A DNA stretch of 64,000 nt from Camelus dromedarius (taxonomy: Eukaryota): positions 3,038,001 to 3,102,000 of the forward strand of contig NC_087437.1 in NCBI RefSeq assembly GCF_036321535.1, in the 5' to 3' direction. How positions within the stretch are numbered: the first letter of the stretch is position 1; every line of letters starts with the position of its first letter. Position numbers and translations under genes: made by a program. The notes under the pieces are model-generated. The model searched no databases and was not told where the DNA came from. It saw only the letters and a list, made by a program, of their open reading frames with translations. This document shows positions 50,009 to 63,220 of the stretch, one piece after another.

Positions 50009-51644
50009 GTTGGTGAGCTTTATTGTCTTTTATTTTTTATTTTTAGAAAATCTACATTAGGAAGAAGACACTCTTGGAAAATTAGAGGAAAAGAGTTCCT
50101 CCCCTTTACCTAATTCATCTTATATAAATACTCCCTTTGCATAATTTATTTGTTACTTGTATATATTTCTTTTCAGTCTTTTCCTTCTGGCATTCATATT
50201 CTTCCATGATACTTATCATACATGTAAATTTTTTTCCTGGTTTTATTACCTAGTAGTATATGTTTTTTTCCATATTGCTGTAATAGTCATAATTATAGTT
50301 TTTAAAGCTGCATAATATCCCATCCAGGCAGAGGAGGTGCGGAAAACGTTGCCTGAATGGGTGATGAGGAGGGATGGCATCTCAGGCCCCCATCCAGGCC
50401 CATCAGTGAGCAAACCTGGATGGAAGCCAGTTGGCCAGGTTGCAGGGAAGGGTCTGGAACACACTTGAAAGCAAAAAGGCGAGTGACTAGCACACAGACC
50501 TCTGACCACTCACAGTGACTGGGAGAATCATGCACTCAATCAGCAGTCGTGCACATTGGTTTATTGCTGACACGAACTTCCTGGTGCAGGTTCAGTGACT
50601 GGCCCTCTGCTAGAACTAAGAGGCACCTGACAGTCTGTTTGAACCACATGCCCACGACTGTCTGTGTCCAGTGAAGGCTGGCAGACACGGACGTTGCCTT
50701 GGGGCATAACTGATGCGTGTTTTCCTGGATCTGTCCCTTAGAACGTGTCTGAGTTTACAGAGAAATTTCTGGGTACAGAATTACAGAACTGGAGGAGAAC
50801 CTTGCCGAAGAGGATTCGTGCTGGCCGAATCAGTTCCTGGGTGTCTCTGTTGTGGGGAATCTTGTAATTGAGTAAGTGAAGATGAAAGAAAAACCTGAGA
50901 GGATAACCTGATTTGCATCATGAAGAGATTGTTGGTGGTGTCAGGGTAAGCGAGAAATCCAAGGCGAGCTTATCTTTGAGAGAGGGTTTTAGAGTTTGGC
51001 AGAAGAGGTGCTGTGGAGGTCAGCTTGGTCCAGCAGACATCCCTGCAGTGATGGGGATGCTCTCCACTTGTGCTGCCCAGGCAGGTGTCACTGGCCACAG
51101 GTGACTCCTGAGCTGTGAAAGTGGGCTGCGTAACTGAGACACTGAACTTTTTAATTGTTAAATTTTAATTCATTTAATGGTAAATGTAAATGGCTAGTGT
51201 GGTTTCAGAGTATCTTTGGCATGCTAAAGAATTTGACTGGGTTGGGAAGAAGAGGAAGGGGAGTTGGTACAAATGTTACTACCACAGGCTTTTATTTTGA
51301 CAGCTCAAATTCTTTTGGGGAAGACGTATCTGGAGATTGGACATTTCTTTTTTATTACTTGTGAAGGCTGGCCTGCCCTTTTTTTCCAGCAGGGAGAAGG
51401 CCCTGTTGTGCCCTAGTTTACAGCTCAGGTTGCTACTGGAATTGTTACATTGCAACTACCTTCAGATGGCTTCCCAGATGGAGGGGAGCTGCTTGCTCTT
51501 TAGTTGGCTATGTAGACTGTTAGCGATGAAACAGAATCTTTGTTCTTCTAAAGTGCATCCTAGAAATGTAAGCCTGATGGTTGGACTCAAAAGAACCTGC
51601 AATCTGACCTTCTGTGCTGTTAATGGTATGAAGGATCAATAAGA

Positions 51645-52104
51645 ATACATAGTAGTTTGTGTCTCTTTATCCCTCCCCTACCTTGGCCCCCCCCACCCCC
51701 GCCACTGGGGACCACTCGTTTGTTCTATCTGTAAATCTGCTGCTGTTTTGCTATATACATTCTTTTGTTTTTTATTTTTCAGATTCCACATATGAGTTAT
51801 AGCATACAGTATTTTTCTTTCTCTGACTTCTTCCACTAAGCAAAATACTCTTTAGGTCTGTCCCCATTGTTGTAAATGGCAGAATTTCATTCTTTTTTAT
51901 GGCTGAGTAATATTTCTTTGTGTATGTGTGTGTATGTGTGTGTATCATATCTTTTTATCTGTTAAGGGTATATTATACAGCACAGGAAAATATAGCCATT
52001 ATTTTGTAATAATTTTAAACAGTATGATCTATGAAAATGCTGAATCACTACACTGTACACTTGAAACTAATATACTGTAAATCAACTATACTTCAATAAA
52101 AAAG
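51645..52104 (+). mobile_element. 5'-inverted short LINE-1 (antisense 51645-51963, sense 51964-52104)
   Basis: Comparison with the colinear copy at 5325-5615 shows the two pieces are adjacent L1 3' UTR segments in opposite orientation; ends aatcaactatacttcAATAAAaaag. Confidence 0.8.
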
Positions 52105-53355
52105 AGTCAGTGAGGATAAATCTGTGTCTTGGGAATATTGGAAATCAGTTGTTCTGAGCTGCAGAACAGATTGTTGCTCTTGGAGACCAGCAGGGCTTGA
52201 GGGTTGTGTCTGAGGATCGAGGAGATGGAGAGGATGCTTTTTGTTTCCTCTTAGACTATAAAGATGAGATAGTGTTTTCTTGGGTCAAACTTTTGGTAAA
52301 TCTTTAACGGCCACAGTTGTAATTGTTAGAAAGATGGGAAGGGAAACACATAGCTTGGAAATGCATTTTGCACTCAGAGTTTCAGACCTACCATTTAACT
52401 TCCTTCGTTTACTTCATACCCATTTTAAAAACTACCTCCTGTACCCTCCTGGCCATATAATGGTGACAGTAAACGGTGCAGTTGAATGTGAACACACTTC
52501 ATCCTCCAACGAAGAGTGGAAACAATTTCCCCCTGCCCTGCAGTGAGTACGAGTGTTCACTAACTCCTGGGAACTACACGGGACACCCAAGTGGAATAAA
52601 TGAACACTTCTCAGGGATCCAAAAGACAAGAGCCCTTGTGAACTGAAGACTCCTGTTCAGTTTCCTGGAGCACATGCTCTGTGCCCTGGGTACGCAGATA
52701 TTCTTTATGAAGCAGAGTAAGCTCGTCATACAGTGGCTCTTGGCAGAGATCTTATAAATGGTGGAGTTCTTGTCCTCACTGGAAAAAGGCAAGTGATTTC
52801 CCCCCACGACTAGAATGTTCCTCAGTCACCTTTAATTCCATTTTTCCATTTAATTTTAATACATAGTTATTGAGTTCCTCCCTAGGAAGTTCTGTGTAAT
52901 TCTGGGGACAAATTCCCTTGCATCTATTCCATATGAAAACATGATGAATCAGTGCTTTGGTGTATTGTTGGTAATAACAACTGTTAGTAATAATTAGTGT
53001 GGCTATGTCTACATGTCAATTATCAGTGGGCATTAATGCGAGGTTATTGTTTATAATAATAATATATCTGTATAACACTTTGCATTCACAAAGCCCATCT
53101 ACTTACATTATTTCATTTATTTCTCATAGTAGCCCTGTAAAAAGGTGGTGCAGATGTTGCAATTAACCCTAGATGTACTGAGAACTATGAAAAATACATA
53201 ATTTATGTCCTCAGAGACCTCAGAGTCCAGTAGAACTCACCCCATCTTAGAGACAGAGGCTGAAGCCCCAGACAGTCACGTGAACTGGAGAAACAGGGCT
53301 GAAAACCAGGTACTAACTTAATCTTTTACTTCCCTGGCAGGTGTGGTGGGTAGGC

Positions 53356-53876
53356 TGTAACAGAAAAGAACAAATCTGACTCCGTATCAGATCTGTTTCT
53401 TTGGCTCTAACCCTGTGCCCTGTTTTCTAGGGTAGTCTTGCCGGCTCTGCACCTTTTGTAAAACAATGTTGCCTTTGGCCTGAAATGGACAGGAGAGCCT
53501 ATTCTCTGGGCTCTGGCCTTTAAGGATATGAACACTTTTGCACTTACATAAAGATAACAAGTTGCAGGATAGAAAATAACATTTGTTTTGTTGGAGGTTT
53601 TACAGGGGCACCATGACCTGACTCACTGTGGACGGCTGCAAGAACAAAGATTCCTACACCAAGAAGTTTGCAACACCCAACCACACCCCCTCCCCTTTTT
53701 AGTATAAAAGGAGCCTGTATGCTGACTTGAATAAGATGGTTCTCTAAGACGTTAGTCTGCTATCTTCTCAGTCTGCTGGCTTTCTGAATAAAGTCGCTCT
53801 TCCTTGCCCCAACACTTCATCTCCCGATTTATTGGCCTGTTGTGCAGTAAGCAGAACAAGTCTGGACTGAATAACA
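53356..53876 (+). mobile_element. ERV1 solo LTR (MER41-like)
   Basis: TG...CA termini (tgtaac...ataaca), flanking aggc repeat, TATAAA at 53703, AATAAA at 53787, and MER41-type R/U5 sequence tcttctcagtctgctggctttctgaataaagtcgct...ccttgccccaacac. Confidence 0.85.
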
Positions 53877-54329
53877 GGCCACTTCAGGGGTTCCAAAACC
53901 ACGTTTAGATGGGGTGGAACCAAGCGTCCATCACCCCTCCATCGTCCATTACTTCCCATCTTCTCTCCCCACCCCCTCCCCAGGCGCCATATGCCTGGCA
54001 TCCTAATTGGCAGCACAGAGGAGAACTGGGTCTGGGATGGGGTGGGCTTGCCCACTCCCAAATCAGTGGGCTCTGAACGTTTTTCAGCAGTTCCTTCTTG
54101 GCTGGAGGGCTTGTGGAGGAGTTCTTGGAACAGGTGTTTTTAATGGTAGTGACAGTAGTGGGGTGGTACTAGTTTGTGTATGGAGCCAGGAGGATGGAGC
54201 CCAAAAGAGCAGTTTCACCTGTACCTGAGATACTCAGTTTTCCATGGCTCCAAAGTGCTAGAATGTTATGCAGATGGTCATCCAAGAGGAACATTTAGGT
54301 GGTAACAAAATAAAGTAGCTGTCCATAAT

Positions 54330-54510
54330 TATTGATACCAGCTTTGTATTAGTCATTTTACATATTTTCTTTCTAATCTCACAAGTACCCTGCAGTGTAA
54401 ACTTTATTAAACCAGTAAGGGAACTGAGGCTGGGGCAGAATTAATAAATCGCCTGGTCATGCAACTAGTAAATAGTAGAGCCGGAATCAGGTTGATTCTA
54501 AGGTCCGTGT
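54330..54510 (-). mobile_element. MIR SINE
   Basis: ctaatctcacaagtaccctgcag...gaactgaggctggggcagaattaa...ggtcatgcaactagtaaatagtagagccggaat. Confidence 0.6.
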
Positions 54511-56254
54511 TATCTCTATTTTACCAGAGGCTGCGAATTTGAAGCTAAAGGCCTGTATCTAATCTCCAGACATAGTTTGACCTTCATGATGTTTAAACAA
54601 GTTTTGTACTGGTTGACAAAGCCCGTGTGCTTACTCTTAGTCAGCCTCCTTCACTCCCTGGGGTGACTCAGTATGGCCCCTAGATGTATTTGAGTTTCCA
54701 CCGCAATCCTGTACATCCTGGGCTGGGTCTTTGAAATGTCGTTAACCTCTTAGTTGTGGACACAGGCAAGAGCTGAAAAATGAAAAGTCAGTTAAAGCAT
54801 TCCCTCTGGATGTCAGAAACAGGCTTCTTTCTCAAAAGATTCTCTGTTCACACGCTGACTTGCTGTGTTCCAGAGGCTAACACCTCGCATGACAGATGAT
54901 AAAAAACAACAGTTTTCTTCAGTTGTTCACAAAGTTTCCACTGTGGTTTCACATCAAACTCCCATCTGGGAAAACTTTGATGTTGCTTTCTACCTCCCCC
55001 TTAACACGTCCTTAATAAGAATAATTTCTTTTCTTAAAAAAAAAAAAGTTAATTTTGGTGATATTAAAGATCTTACCCTGAGCACTGAATAGAAAACAAA
55101 ATGAAATATTAGAACCAGAAAATATTCCCTTCCTGCTGCTGGAGGTCACATCCCGGTAACTGGAGACTGTGGGGCTGTGGTGCTCACTCTGTGAATGATG
55201 TGCTTGACTGAGGGGGAACAAGATTATTGGGTTGTGGTCTGTGTGACTCAGTAGCTTTCTTATCACTGAAGTCTCCCCTTTGTCCATGTTACAATGTCTG
55301 AGAGCAGAATTGCACAAGATGGGAAATTTGGGGCTGCCAAGGAGAACAAAAACCAATCTGAACTGAAATTTTGGGTGGGCTGCTAATTCTCGTGGGAGCT
55401 GGAAGGTGATTTATCAGCTGGTAGGATGACATCTAACCTCCTGCCAAGAAGAAGCACCTTCACGTGGTCTTCACTGCCTCCTTATCTTGAAGAAGAGGCA
55501 GGACATACATTGGACATTCAGACTCAGCGCTGGTCAGCACAGGGTTTTGTGATGGACCTCACGCCCCGTGTTGAGTGTTAAGATGGAATACGGGTCAGGA
55601 AAGAACTTGAAGAGGCACCTGTGACATAGCCCTCTGCCTCCAGCTCAGACCACCTGCCGAGTTTCAGATGAGAGATATTTTCAACACCTTTCCTGGGTGC
55701 CTGTTTTCAGTGTTCATCTAGAGTCACTATTGACAGTCATCCTCTTAAAATTTTCTTTCCTTTGTAATTTTAGTCCATGTTATCTTATTTATTAAGTGTA
55801 ATGGGGGTTTATCAATCATGCCACTTCAAATATATATGAAGAGGAGTTATACCATGTATCAGGCACTCTGCACAGCACTTACATGTGTCACCATATGCAA
55901 TTGTCAAGACAGCCCTGCAGGTTGGCCTCCACAGATATTTTATAGAGAGGCACGAAAGAATTAAGCAGTTTGTTCAAGGATCGCATAAGGAGTTAAGTGG
56001 GGGAGCGATGACAGACTGAACCCTGAGTGTCTGACTCCAGACTGCTTCTCTGATCCTCCGAGAATAATGAGAACCTTCTCTGAGCGCCTGCTATGTACCC
56101 TGTGCTGGGTGTTCACATGCATGTCCGCAGGAGTCTCACGACACTGTTGGGGGGGAGGACTGTAGTCACCCATTTTGCAGGTGATAAAACTAGCACTCAC
56201 CTAGGAAAAGTACATGTCCAAGGTCACAAGACTAGTGAGAAATGGTATTATCAC

Positions 56255-56490
56255 AGTACTGTATACAAAATGGATAAACAGCAAGGACCTACTGTGGCGC
56301 GCAGGGAGCTATATTCAATCTCTTGTAATAACATGTAATGGAAAAGAATCTGAAAAGAAACATATATGTTTGTATATGTATAATGGAATCACTTTGCTGT
56401 GCCCCTGAAACTAACATTGCAAATCAACTACACTTCAATAAAAAATTAAGGGGGAAAAAGTTTAAATGGAATTAAAAAAAAAAAAAAAGA
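56255..56490 (+). mobile_element. Short L1 3' tail
   Basis: atacaaaatggataaacagcaaggacctactgt...aaatcaactacacttcAATAAAaaa, followed by a second A-run. Confidence 0.85.
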
Positions 56491-56734
56491 AGTGCTGTTA
56501 GGCTCTGACCTCAGCTTTTCCTGCCTCCTGCACCCATGGAGGTGGACTACCCAGGGCCACGAGTCTGTAAAGTGGACGTGTTTTCCTCTCCTCAGAAAAT
56601 ACAAGGATTCACTTAAAACTGTTTGCATGTATTTATGTCAGAAATTAAGTTTGTCTTGGGGAGGATTTGGAACCTCCTTCTCAACCCTGATTTATGGGGG
56701 TTCAGCCTGACTTTCCGATGATTCTCTGTGGTGC

Positions 56735-56950
56735 ACAGCAAGGTGGTTCAGAGCTCAGGCTGCAGGGCCCGACTGCCTGGGCTGAAGTCCTACCTTAGTC
56801 GTTATTAGCTGTGCTAATAGGCAAGTTACCCAGACCTTTCTGTGCCTCAGTTTCCTCATCTATAAAATGGGTCTCTACCCTATGGGGATGATAATGCGGT
56901 TAAAGGAGTCAGCACAGGCAGAGTGCCTGGGACAGTCATGAGGTGCCCCA
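56735..56950 (+). mobile_element. MIR SINE
   Basis: ggcaagttacccagacctttctgtgcctcagtttcctcatctataaaatggg core. Confidence 0.8.
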
Positions 56951-57054
56951 CTTGTTAACGGTGGGATCTCGGAAAGCCACCTGACATCTCTGAGCCTCTC
57001 CTACCACCCCCACGTCTGAACGGTTGTTGTGGTGATTAGATGCTTGACTGGCAG

Positions 57055-57275
57055 GACAGTGAAGAGGCTGAGGCTGCAGGCTCGGGACTCGGACCCCTTG
57101 GGTCATACAGATGCCTCAATTTCTCAGGGCCTGTGTTCTCACCATCTGTAAATGGACATAACAGTAAAACCTGCTCCTTGGGTTTATTATAAGGATGAAA
57201 TGAAATTGATGCCTAAGAATTGCTTAACAGGGTACCTGGGGCATAGTGAGTGCTTAGTAGATATTAAATGTTATT
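57055..57275 (+). mobile_element. MIR SINE
   Basis: ttctcaccatctgtaaatggacataacagtaaaacctgctccttgggtttattataaggatgaaatga...ggcatagtgagtgctt. Confidence 0.7.
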
Positions 57276-58067
57276 GTGTCTAAAGGAGATAATTGTGCAA
57301 AACTAGCACGGTTAGCACTCAGCATGTAGACGGTATTATCAGGTAATACCCACGTGAGATGTGTTTAATGCCAGCAATGAGCTTTTGGTCTCATTCGTCT
57401 GTGTACAATAAGAGAACTTCAGTAAAAAAAAAATGTAACCTGTCTCTAAGTTTCTGCCACGCCTCTGACTAACCACTTTGAATGCTCTGTTTTGGCTCTT
57501 CTGGTAAGGAATTATCCCGGCCTTTCCTCTCACTGCCCTCCCCGCATTTTGAAGAAGATGAATAGACTCGGAGCAACGTCGTTCTCTTGCCTGTGTTTGC
57601 TTATCTGTGGACAGAGATCAGAGAGGCCATGCTGATAACCCCGCCTTTCCATCTCTGCCTCTGTGCCAGATCACCCCCACTGCTTGGCAGTCTTGGAAGA
57701 GAAGTGACAGGAAAATTCTTCCTTTCTGGAAGCTCCAGACGTTCTTTGGGTCAGTTTATAGGCTAATTAAATATTTTATCTTGATTCAGGCTCAGAAATG
57801 TTCAAGCCCCTATCTTGGCTAGTCTTTCTTCAAATACTTGATATTTCAAGAGCTTCCTCTATCAGAGAATTTTCTTCTTGAGTGTGAAGACCTGTCCTTC
57901 TCCTTAAAAGATTACAGTTTGGGAGTTGTGTATTGAAGAAAGAAAATGTGGTACCTTTTTAACATCCGCTTTGAATTCCAGCCTTTTCAGAACAACTTCT
58001 GAGGAACTGGACTTTGTGGTGGGGGAACCTGTGTAAGCCTGCCCCTGTTGAAGATTTGCTTTCCAGA

Positions 58068-58510
58068 TTGTTCCACGTATTACTGCCACATAACAATCAC
58101 ACTAAAATTTAACAGCTTAAGACAAACCATTTTATTAAACTCATAGATCCTGTGAGCTCAGATGGGCATAGTGGGGAGGGCTTATCCCTGACCCACAGTG
58201 TCCAGGCCTCTGGGGAGCCTTGAGGGCTGGCAGGGTTCAAGGCTGGGGGCAGGCAGGTCATCGAAGGCCCTTCCCTCTCATGTTAGTCTGGGACTTCCGA
58301 CCGGAGCATTTGCATGTGGCCTTCCATGCTGGTGGTCTCAGGGCAAGAACTTGGAGCTACCTCTTAATAGGAGGAGTGTCGGCTGTGTTCTGTCCAGCTA
58401 CACCATGGACGATACCTGGGAACATTAGTTACCTCAGGAGCCCATCTTCTCACAGGATCCCGTGATCACCTTGAAGGGACGCATAGGAGGAACGTAGGCA
58501 TATGGACAAT
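58068..58510 (-). mobile_element. MaLR LTR (old MLT1)
   Basis: tattactgccacataacaatcacactaaaatttaacagcttaagacaaaccattttatt...tgcatgtggccttccatg. Confidence 0.7.
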
Positions 58511-59244
58511 CCCGAGTCCCATTCAGTGTGCTGTCTTAGAGGCTTGAAAGATGTGAACTAGAACTTGTCAGAGGAAAGACTGTTGACTGTGAATGTAGAC
58601 TGTGGGAAAGGCATGGCCTCCCGCAGCACAGCAGGAAGAAAACAGAAGCTGAAGTCTCCCTCCTGGTCTTAGACACCACTTTTAAGAATAATGCACGTAA
58701 ATGAGACCATCATTGATGTGACAAAGAAGAGGAGGAAATAAGAGAAACTTGTGTCTGCGTGGCCCTTCCATAGCCTTTTCCATTGATTCCTCACCACAGC
58801 CTACTAAAGTCAGTGCTATTATTTTATTGCCAGTTTGCCAGTGAGAGAACTGAGGTTCAGGGATGTCACAGTAACATCTCCCAGACCACATAGTCTATAC
58901 TTGTGGAACCTGGTCTCTAAAATCCCCTGGCTTCACATTTTGGCTCCTTTGGTTGCACTGTGGTCCTCTCCCACGGGTGTTCGTTGTCCCAGGCCCCGTC
59001 TTCTTAGAAACCGGAGCATCCGTGGCTGTGGGAGCCACCTGAACCTGAACACAGTCGTCCCCATTTCTTTGCTACTTGGTCCTCTTGTCCCCTCCCTGCC
59101 TACTACCTTGAAACTTGCCCAACCACATTTTCCAGTGCTAGTAAATATTTTTCACAATGCTTTACTGGCATGAGACCAGTTTATTCTGTAGATGAGCCAT
59201 GATTCACTCACCTGCCCACTAGTGGTGCGTGTGTAAGTAGTTCA

Positions 59245-60190
59245 TTTTTTGATTCATTCAGCAGACACTTATTGAGCTCCTACTGTATGCTGGGCACTGT
59301 CCCGTGGGCTGGAAATACAGAAGGGCATAATACATGGCCCCAGCTTCTGTGCTGGTGAAGAGCATAGAGAATAAATAAATGTATAATCTCGTCAGATGAG
59401 TGCTGTGATGGAAAATGAAGCTGGGGATGGTGGAGAGTGCTGGGGGGCAGGCTTCTCCGAGGAAGCAATGCTTGCACAGGAAACTGAGCCAGTGAAGATG
59501 GGAGTGGGCCCTCTGGTTGTAGGGAAGAGTGTCTGACCGAAGGGTGAGCACAGGCCGGGCAGAGTGACAGAGATATGCTTGGCCTATTTAAGGAAGAGCA
59601 GAGGCAGGATGGGTGGGGAATAGCAGGGTTGGGAAGCAGGAGAGAGGGGAAGTGATGTTGGGGGCAGCTGGGGCCAGAGTGTTTAGGGACTTGGAGGCCA
59701 CGGTAGGATCCTGGGAGTTTCTGGATCTTATCCCAGTGTGATGGGGTGGCGTTGATGGGGTGGTGAGGAACGGAAGTCTTGGAGCAGGGAAGTGATTTGC
59801 TTTTTTTCTGTGGGGGAGGGGAGGTAATTTGGTTATTTATTTATTTATTTATTTATTTTACTGGAGATACTGGGGATTGAACTCAGGACCTTGGGTATGC
59901 TAGGCAGGTGCCCTACTACAGAGCTGTACTCTGTTTGCTGAGCAGACCATGCACAGAGACATGAGCAGGTATCGAGGCGACTGAGGAACTCCAGCGTCTG
60001 TCCAAGGGAGAGGTGTAATAGTCTGGACCAGGAGGTAACCATGGAGAAGATGAAAAGTGGTTGGAAATGAGGTGTATTTAAAAATAGACTGTAAAATTTG
60101 CAGGTGGACTGGATGTAGCATATGAGAAAAGGAGAGGGATGGAGACCGATTCCAGGGTCCTGAGCAGCTGGGTGACTCATGGCAGTGCTG
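59245..60190 (-). mobile_element. LINE-2 3' region, interrupted by a SINE
   Basis: ttcattcagcagacacttattgagctcctactgtatgctgggcactgt...ggactggatgtagcatatgagaaaaggagagg...ttccagggtcctgagcagctggg. Confidence 0.8.
59801..59930 (-). mobile_element. tRNA-derived SINE (Vic-1-like) with (TTTA)n
   Basis: ggaggtaatttggttatttatttatttatt...gatactggggattgaactcaggaccttgggtatgctaggcaggtgccctactacagagctgtac. Confidence 0.85.
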
Positions 60191-60234
60191 GGGGAAGGGC
60201 AGGCCGTGTCACGGTTCCCCGTGCCCAGGCTTCT

Positions 60235-60450
60235 AGTGGTAAGAGACAGGCTGCTTCAGGTGACGCAGGTCGCAGGTGATCTGTCCTCAAATCCCAGCTC
60301 TCTTACTTACCAGCTCTGAGATCTCACACAAGTCGGTTACCCCCGTTTTCTCATCTGTGTAGTGACAATAAAAGTACCCACATTGTGAGGTTGTTTGGAG
60401 GATTTAACACACAGCAGTACCTGGCGCTTAGAATCAACTGCCAGCCATCA
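60235..60450 (+). mobile_element. MIR SINE
   Basis: agtggtaagagacaggct...caaatcccagctctcttacttaccagct...ttttctcatctgtg. Confidence 0.7.
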
Positions 60451-61457
60451 ATGTAATATAATCCTGTTAACACTTAGGACTGTTTCCTTAGAGGAGGTGT
60501 TGGATCAAAGGATAGACACACATATTAAGCTTTCAAAATTACCCAATTCCCTATCTGGAACAATGATACCAATATGTTCCTGCCAGCAAACTGAGATGTG
60601 AAGGAGGAAATTCTTAAAAAGAAACTCCCCAGAGCTTTGTCAGCCCTCCTACCCTCATCAGAGAATGTCTTTCGTTTGGTGTGACTTGAGCTCACTTAAG
60701 TGGTTCTAATCACACTTCTGTCCTTCTCCTTCCAAAATTATCTTTATATTAGTATTATAATATGACTGACATAATATAAATACTAATATAATGAAAATCT
60801 AACTAATTATTAACATGTTTTTATTAATATACTGTGTGTGTGTGTGTTTGCAAGAGTAGGAGCTTGGACGAGATAGGTGTGGGTTATGTGTGTGTCTTAG
60901 AACTGAAGACTGAATCCAGACTTCTCTAGGTTGTCCTCTTTAATTCTGAATGATCACTGTACTGGATGCTGTGCTTTATTTTAAGAGACAGAAATTGATT
61001 TAATAGCCTGTCACATTATACAACACAAAAAGAACTTGGGAAGAGAAAGCACTCTGGTATTCTTAGTGGGAAGAAAAATATTGTGACAGCTCCATGGAGA
61101 AATCTTTGTGCACAGAAAACTGGTAGAAATTATGGTGAAGAGTTGAGGATCTTAGGAAAATCCATGCTTCTATGGAGTAAATGTGATCTCCACTCCACAG
61201 AGCTCTACATTGTCTGAGACCATTTCCCATTCTTAAATAAGGGAAGTAGGACCTGGAAACTCCAACTTTCTTTTTTTAATTCCTTAAAATCATTTATTCC
61301 ATCATCATCATCTCATCTGGGGTTTCTAAAGTATTTTAATTAACTGAGATGGGAGAGAATAACAACAAATTATGATAATAATATGCTAGAATTGTACAAT
61401 TTAATCAAGGGAATTTAATACCTTAGCGTACACTCTGGCATTCTGGAGAAGTCAGCT

Positions 61458-62032
61458 TGTATGTTAGTGAACAAATAAATACCAGGGAATAATACCCGCC
61501 AGCCACCAGGAAGACACCTCCCCTTGGATTTATTGCTTATTGGCACAAGGGAGAACACTCTCCTTGGGGAACTCTGAGGCATCTTAGTAAGAGAGTTTGG
61601 GGAAGTTTACCAAATTTGGGCTATTGTTAGGTGATTTGGGAGAATATAAGGAAGGACAGCTTTATTCTGGATTGGATGGAAGCCAGGACATTTTTATGAT
61701 TGAGATCCCAAAAGATCAGATCTAGGAAAGAACAGACCAAGGCTAAAGCTATAAACGATACAGAAGAAGCTATAGTCGCTCCTTTTAACCAGGATGGGAG
61801 ATGTGTGGTCATTGTTATGGCTTGCACAGGGTTTATGTTTTTGTTTCGCTCCGGTACAAGAACACAGTGACCTTGTGTACGTGGCTCTGGGAAAGTTTTT
61901 TGTTCCCTGGGACACTAAAACCTAGCTGTGCGTGCCAGGCCAGCTCCTAGCAGCACCAAGGTCAAGCTGATAGCGCCAAGTCAGCTCACCAGGACAGCTC
62001 CCAGGTGTCAGGGACAGCTTTCCTCTGGCTCA
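61458..62032 (-). mobile_element. ERVL-class solo LTR (MER73/MER74-like)
   Basis: Reverse complement starts tgagccagaggaaagctgtccctgacacctgggagctg and has the internal repeats ggagctggcctggcacgcacagctagg typical of this LTR group. Confidence 0.65.
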
Positions 62033-62932
62033 GTGAAACTTGGAAGTTAAGCTGTTCTGTTTTAAAAACACATGCTTAACAGTGGACCGATTTGTTGACT
62101 AAAGCAAGATACCAACCATAACAAGTCTTGGATCCAAACAAAATGATCTTTTATTTTTCAGCTGTCCTTATCATCCAAAGAATGATATTAATGATATCAG
62201 TGTATGTGGATTCTGTAAGTTAATTTTAAGTCTTCAATTTAACCCCAAGTGTCCCTTCTTTTTCTTCTTTCTTTCTCTGATTAGCTACAGGGAAAATTCC
62301 CAGGAGTTCTTCTAAAAACATTCAGGTTTCTGCTTATCTTTCCTATAAAAATCTTTGAAAGAAATACACTAAATATGAAAATGAGTGTATGTATATTGAC
62401 ACAACATTGTAAACTGACTGTACTTCAAAGAATGAATGAGTGAATGAATAATAAAGAAATGCCCCAAGTCCATCAAACAAGGTATGTGTTTTCACAAGAA
62501 ATCTGAACAGGAGAGTTTTTTTGAGGATGAGATAGATGGCTTAATTTCTATTCCATTTGTTAAGCCACCTTCTAGTTATGTTTTGTGGAAAGTTATTTTC
62601 CAAATGTTCCATTTTATAAACATCACCTGCTCACTGACATTCACTCAACGAATGGCTAATGAATACCAGCCATGTGCCCCGACCCTCCTTGCCACTGGAT
62701 GTGAGGATGGACAGTTGTGGCCCTGTCTTCATAAAACTCATATTCCTCAAGGGACAGAAAAATGTGTGAACCAAAATACTCTTTAAAAGCTTAGAGGAGT
62801 CAGAGGAAAGTATATTCAACTCTAGATTGGGAAGAGGAGCCAGGGAAAGTTTTATAAAGAAGATGCTACATGAGCTGGATCTTAGGTGATGGGTCTGTCA
62901 GGTGGAAGGAATATTATTTAAAATGGGAAAAT

Positions 62933-63220
62933 TATGAAAAGGAATATATGTATGTATATGGATGATTGAAGCATTATGCTGTACACCAGAGATTGACACA
63001 ACATTGTAAACTGACTTTACTTCAATTAAAAATAAATAAAAAATAAACAAAATAGATGTGCAACAAAGATTTACTGTATGACACAGGGAATGATATTCAA
63101 TATCTTGTAATAACCTATAATGGAAAACAACCTAAAAAAAATCTATCACTGAATCACTATGTCATACACAATATTGTAAGTCAACTCTACTACAATAAAA
63201 AATAAATTTAAAAAATAAAC
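62933..63220 (+). mobile_element. Two tandem short L1 3' tails
   Basis: tatgaaaaggaatatatg...ctgactttacttcaattaaaa (to about 63050), then caacaaagatttactgtatgacacaggg...tcaactctactacaataaaaaa. Confidence 0.8.
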
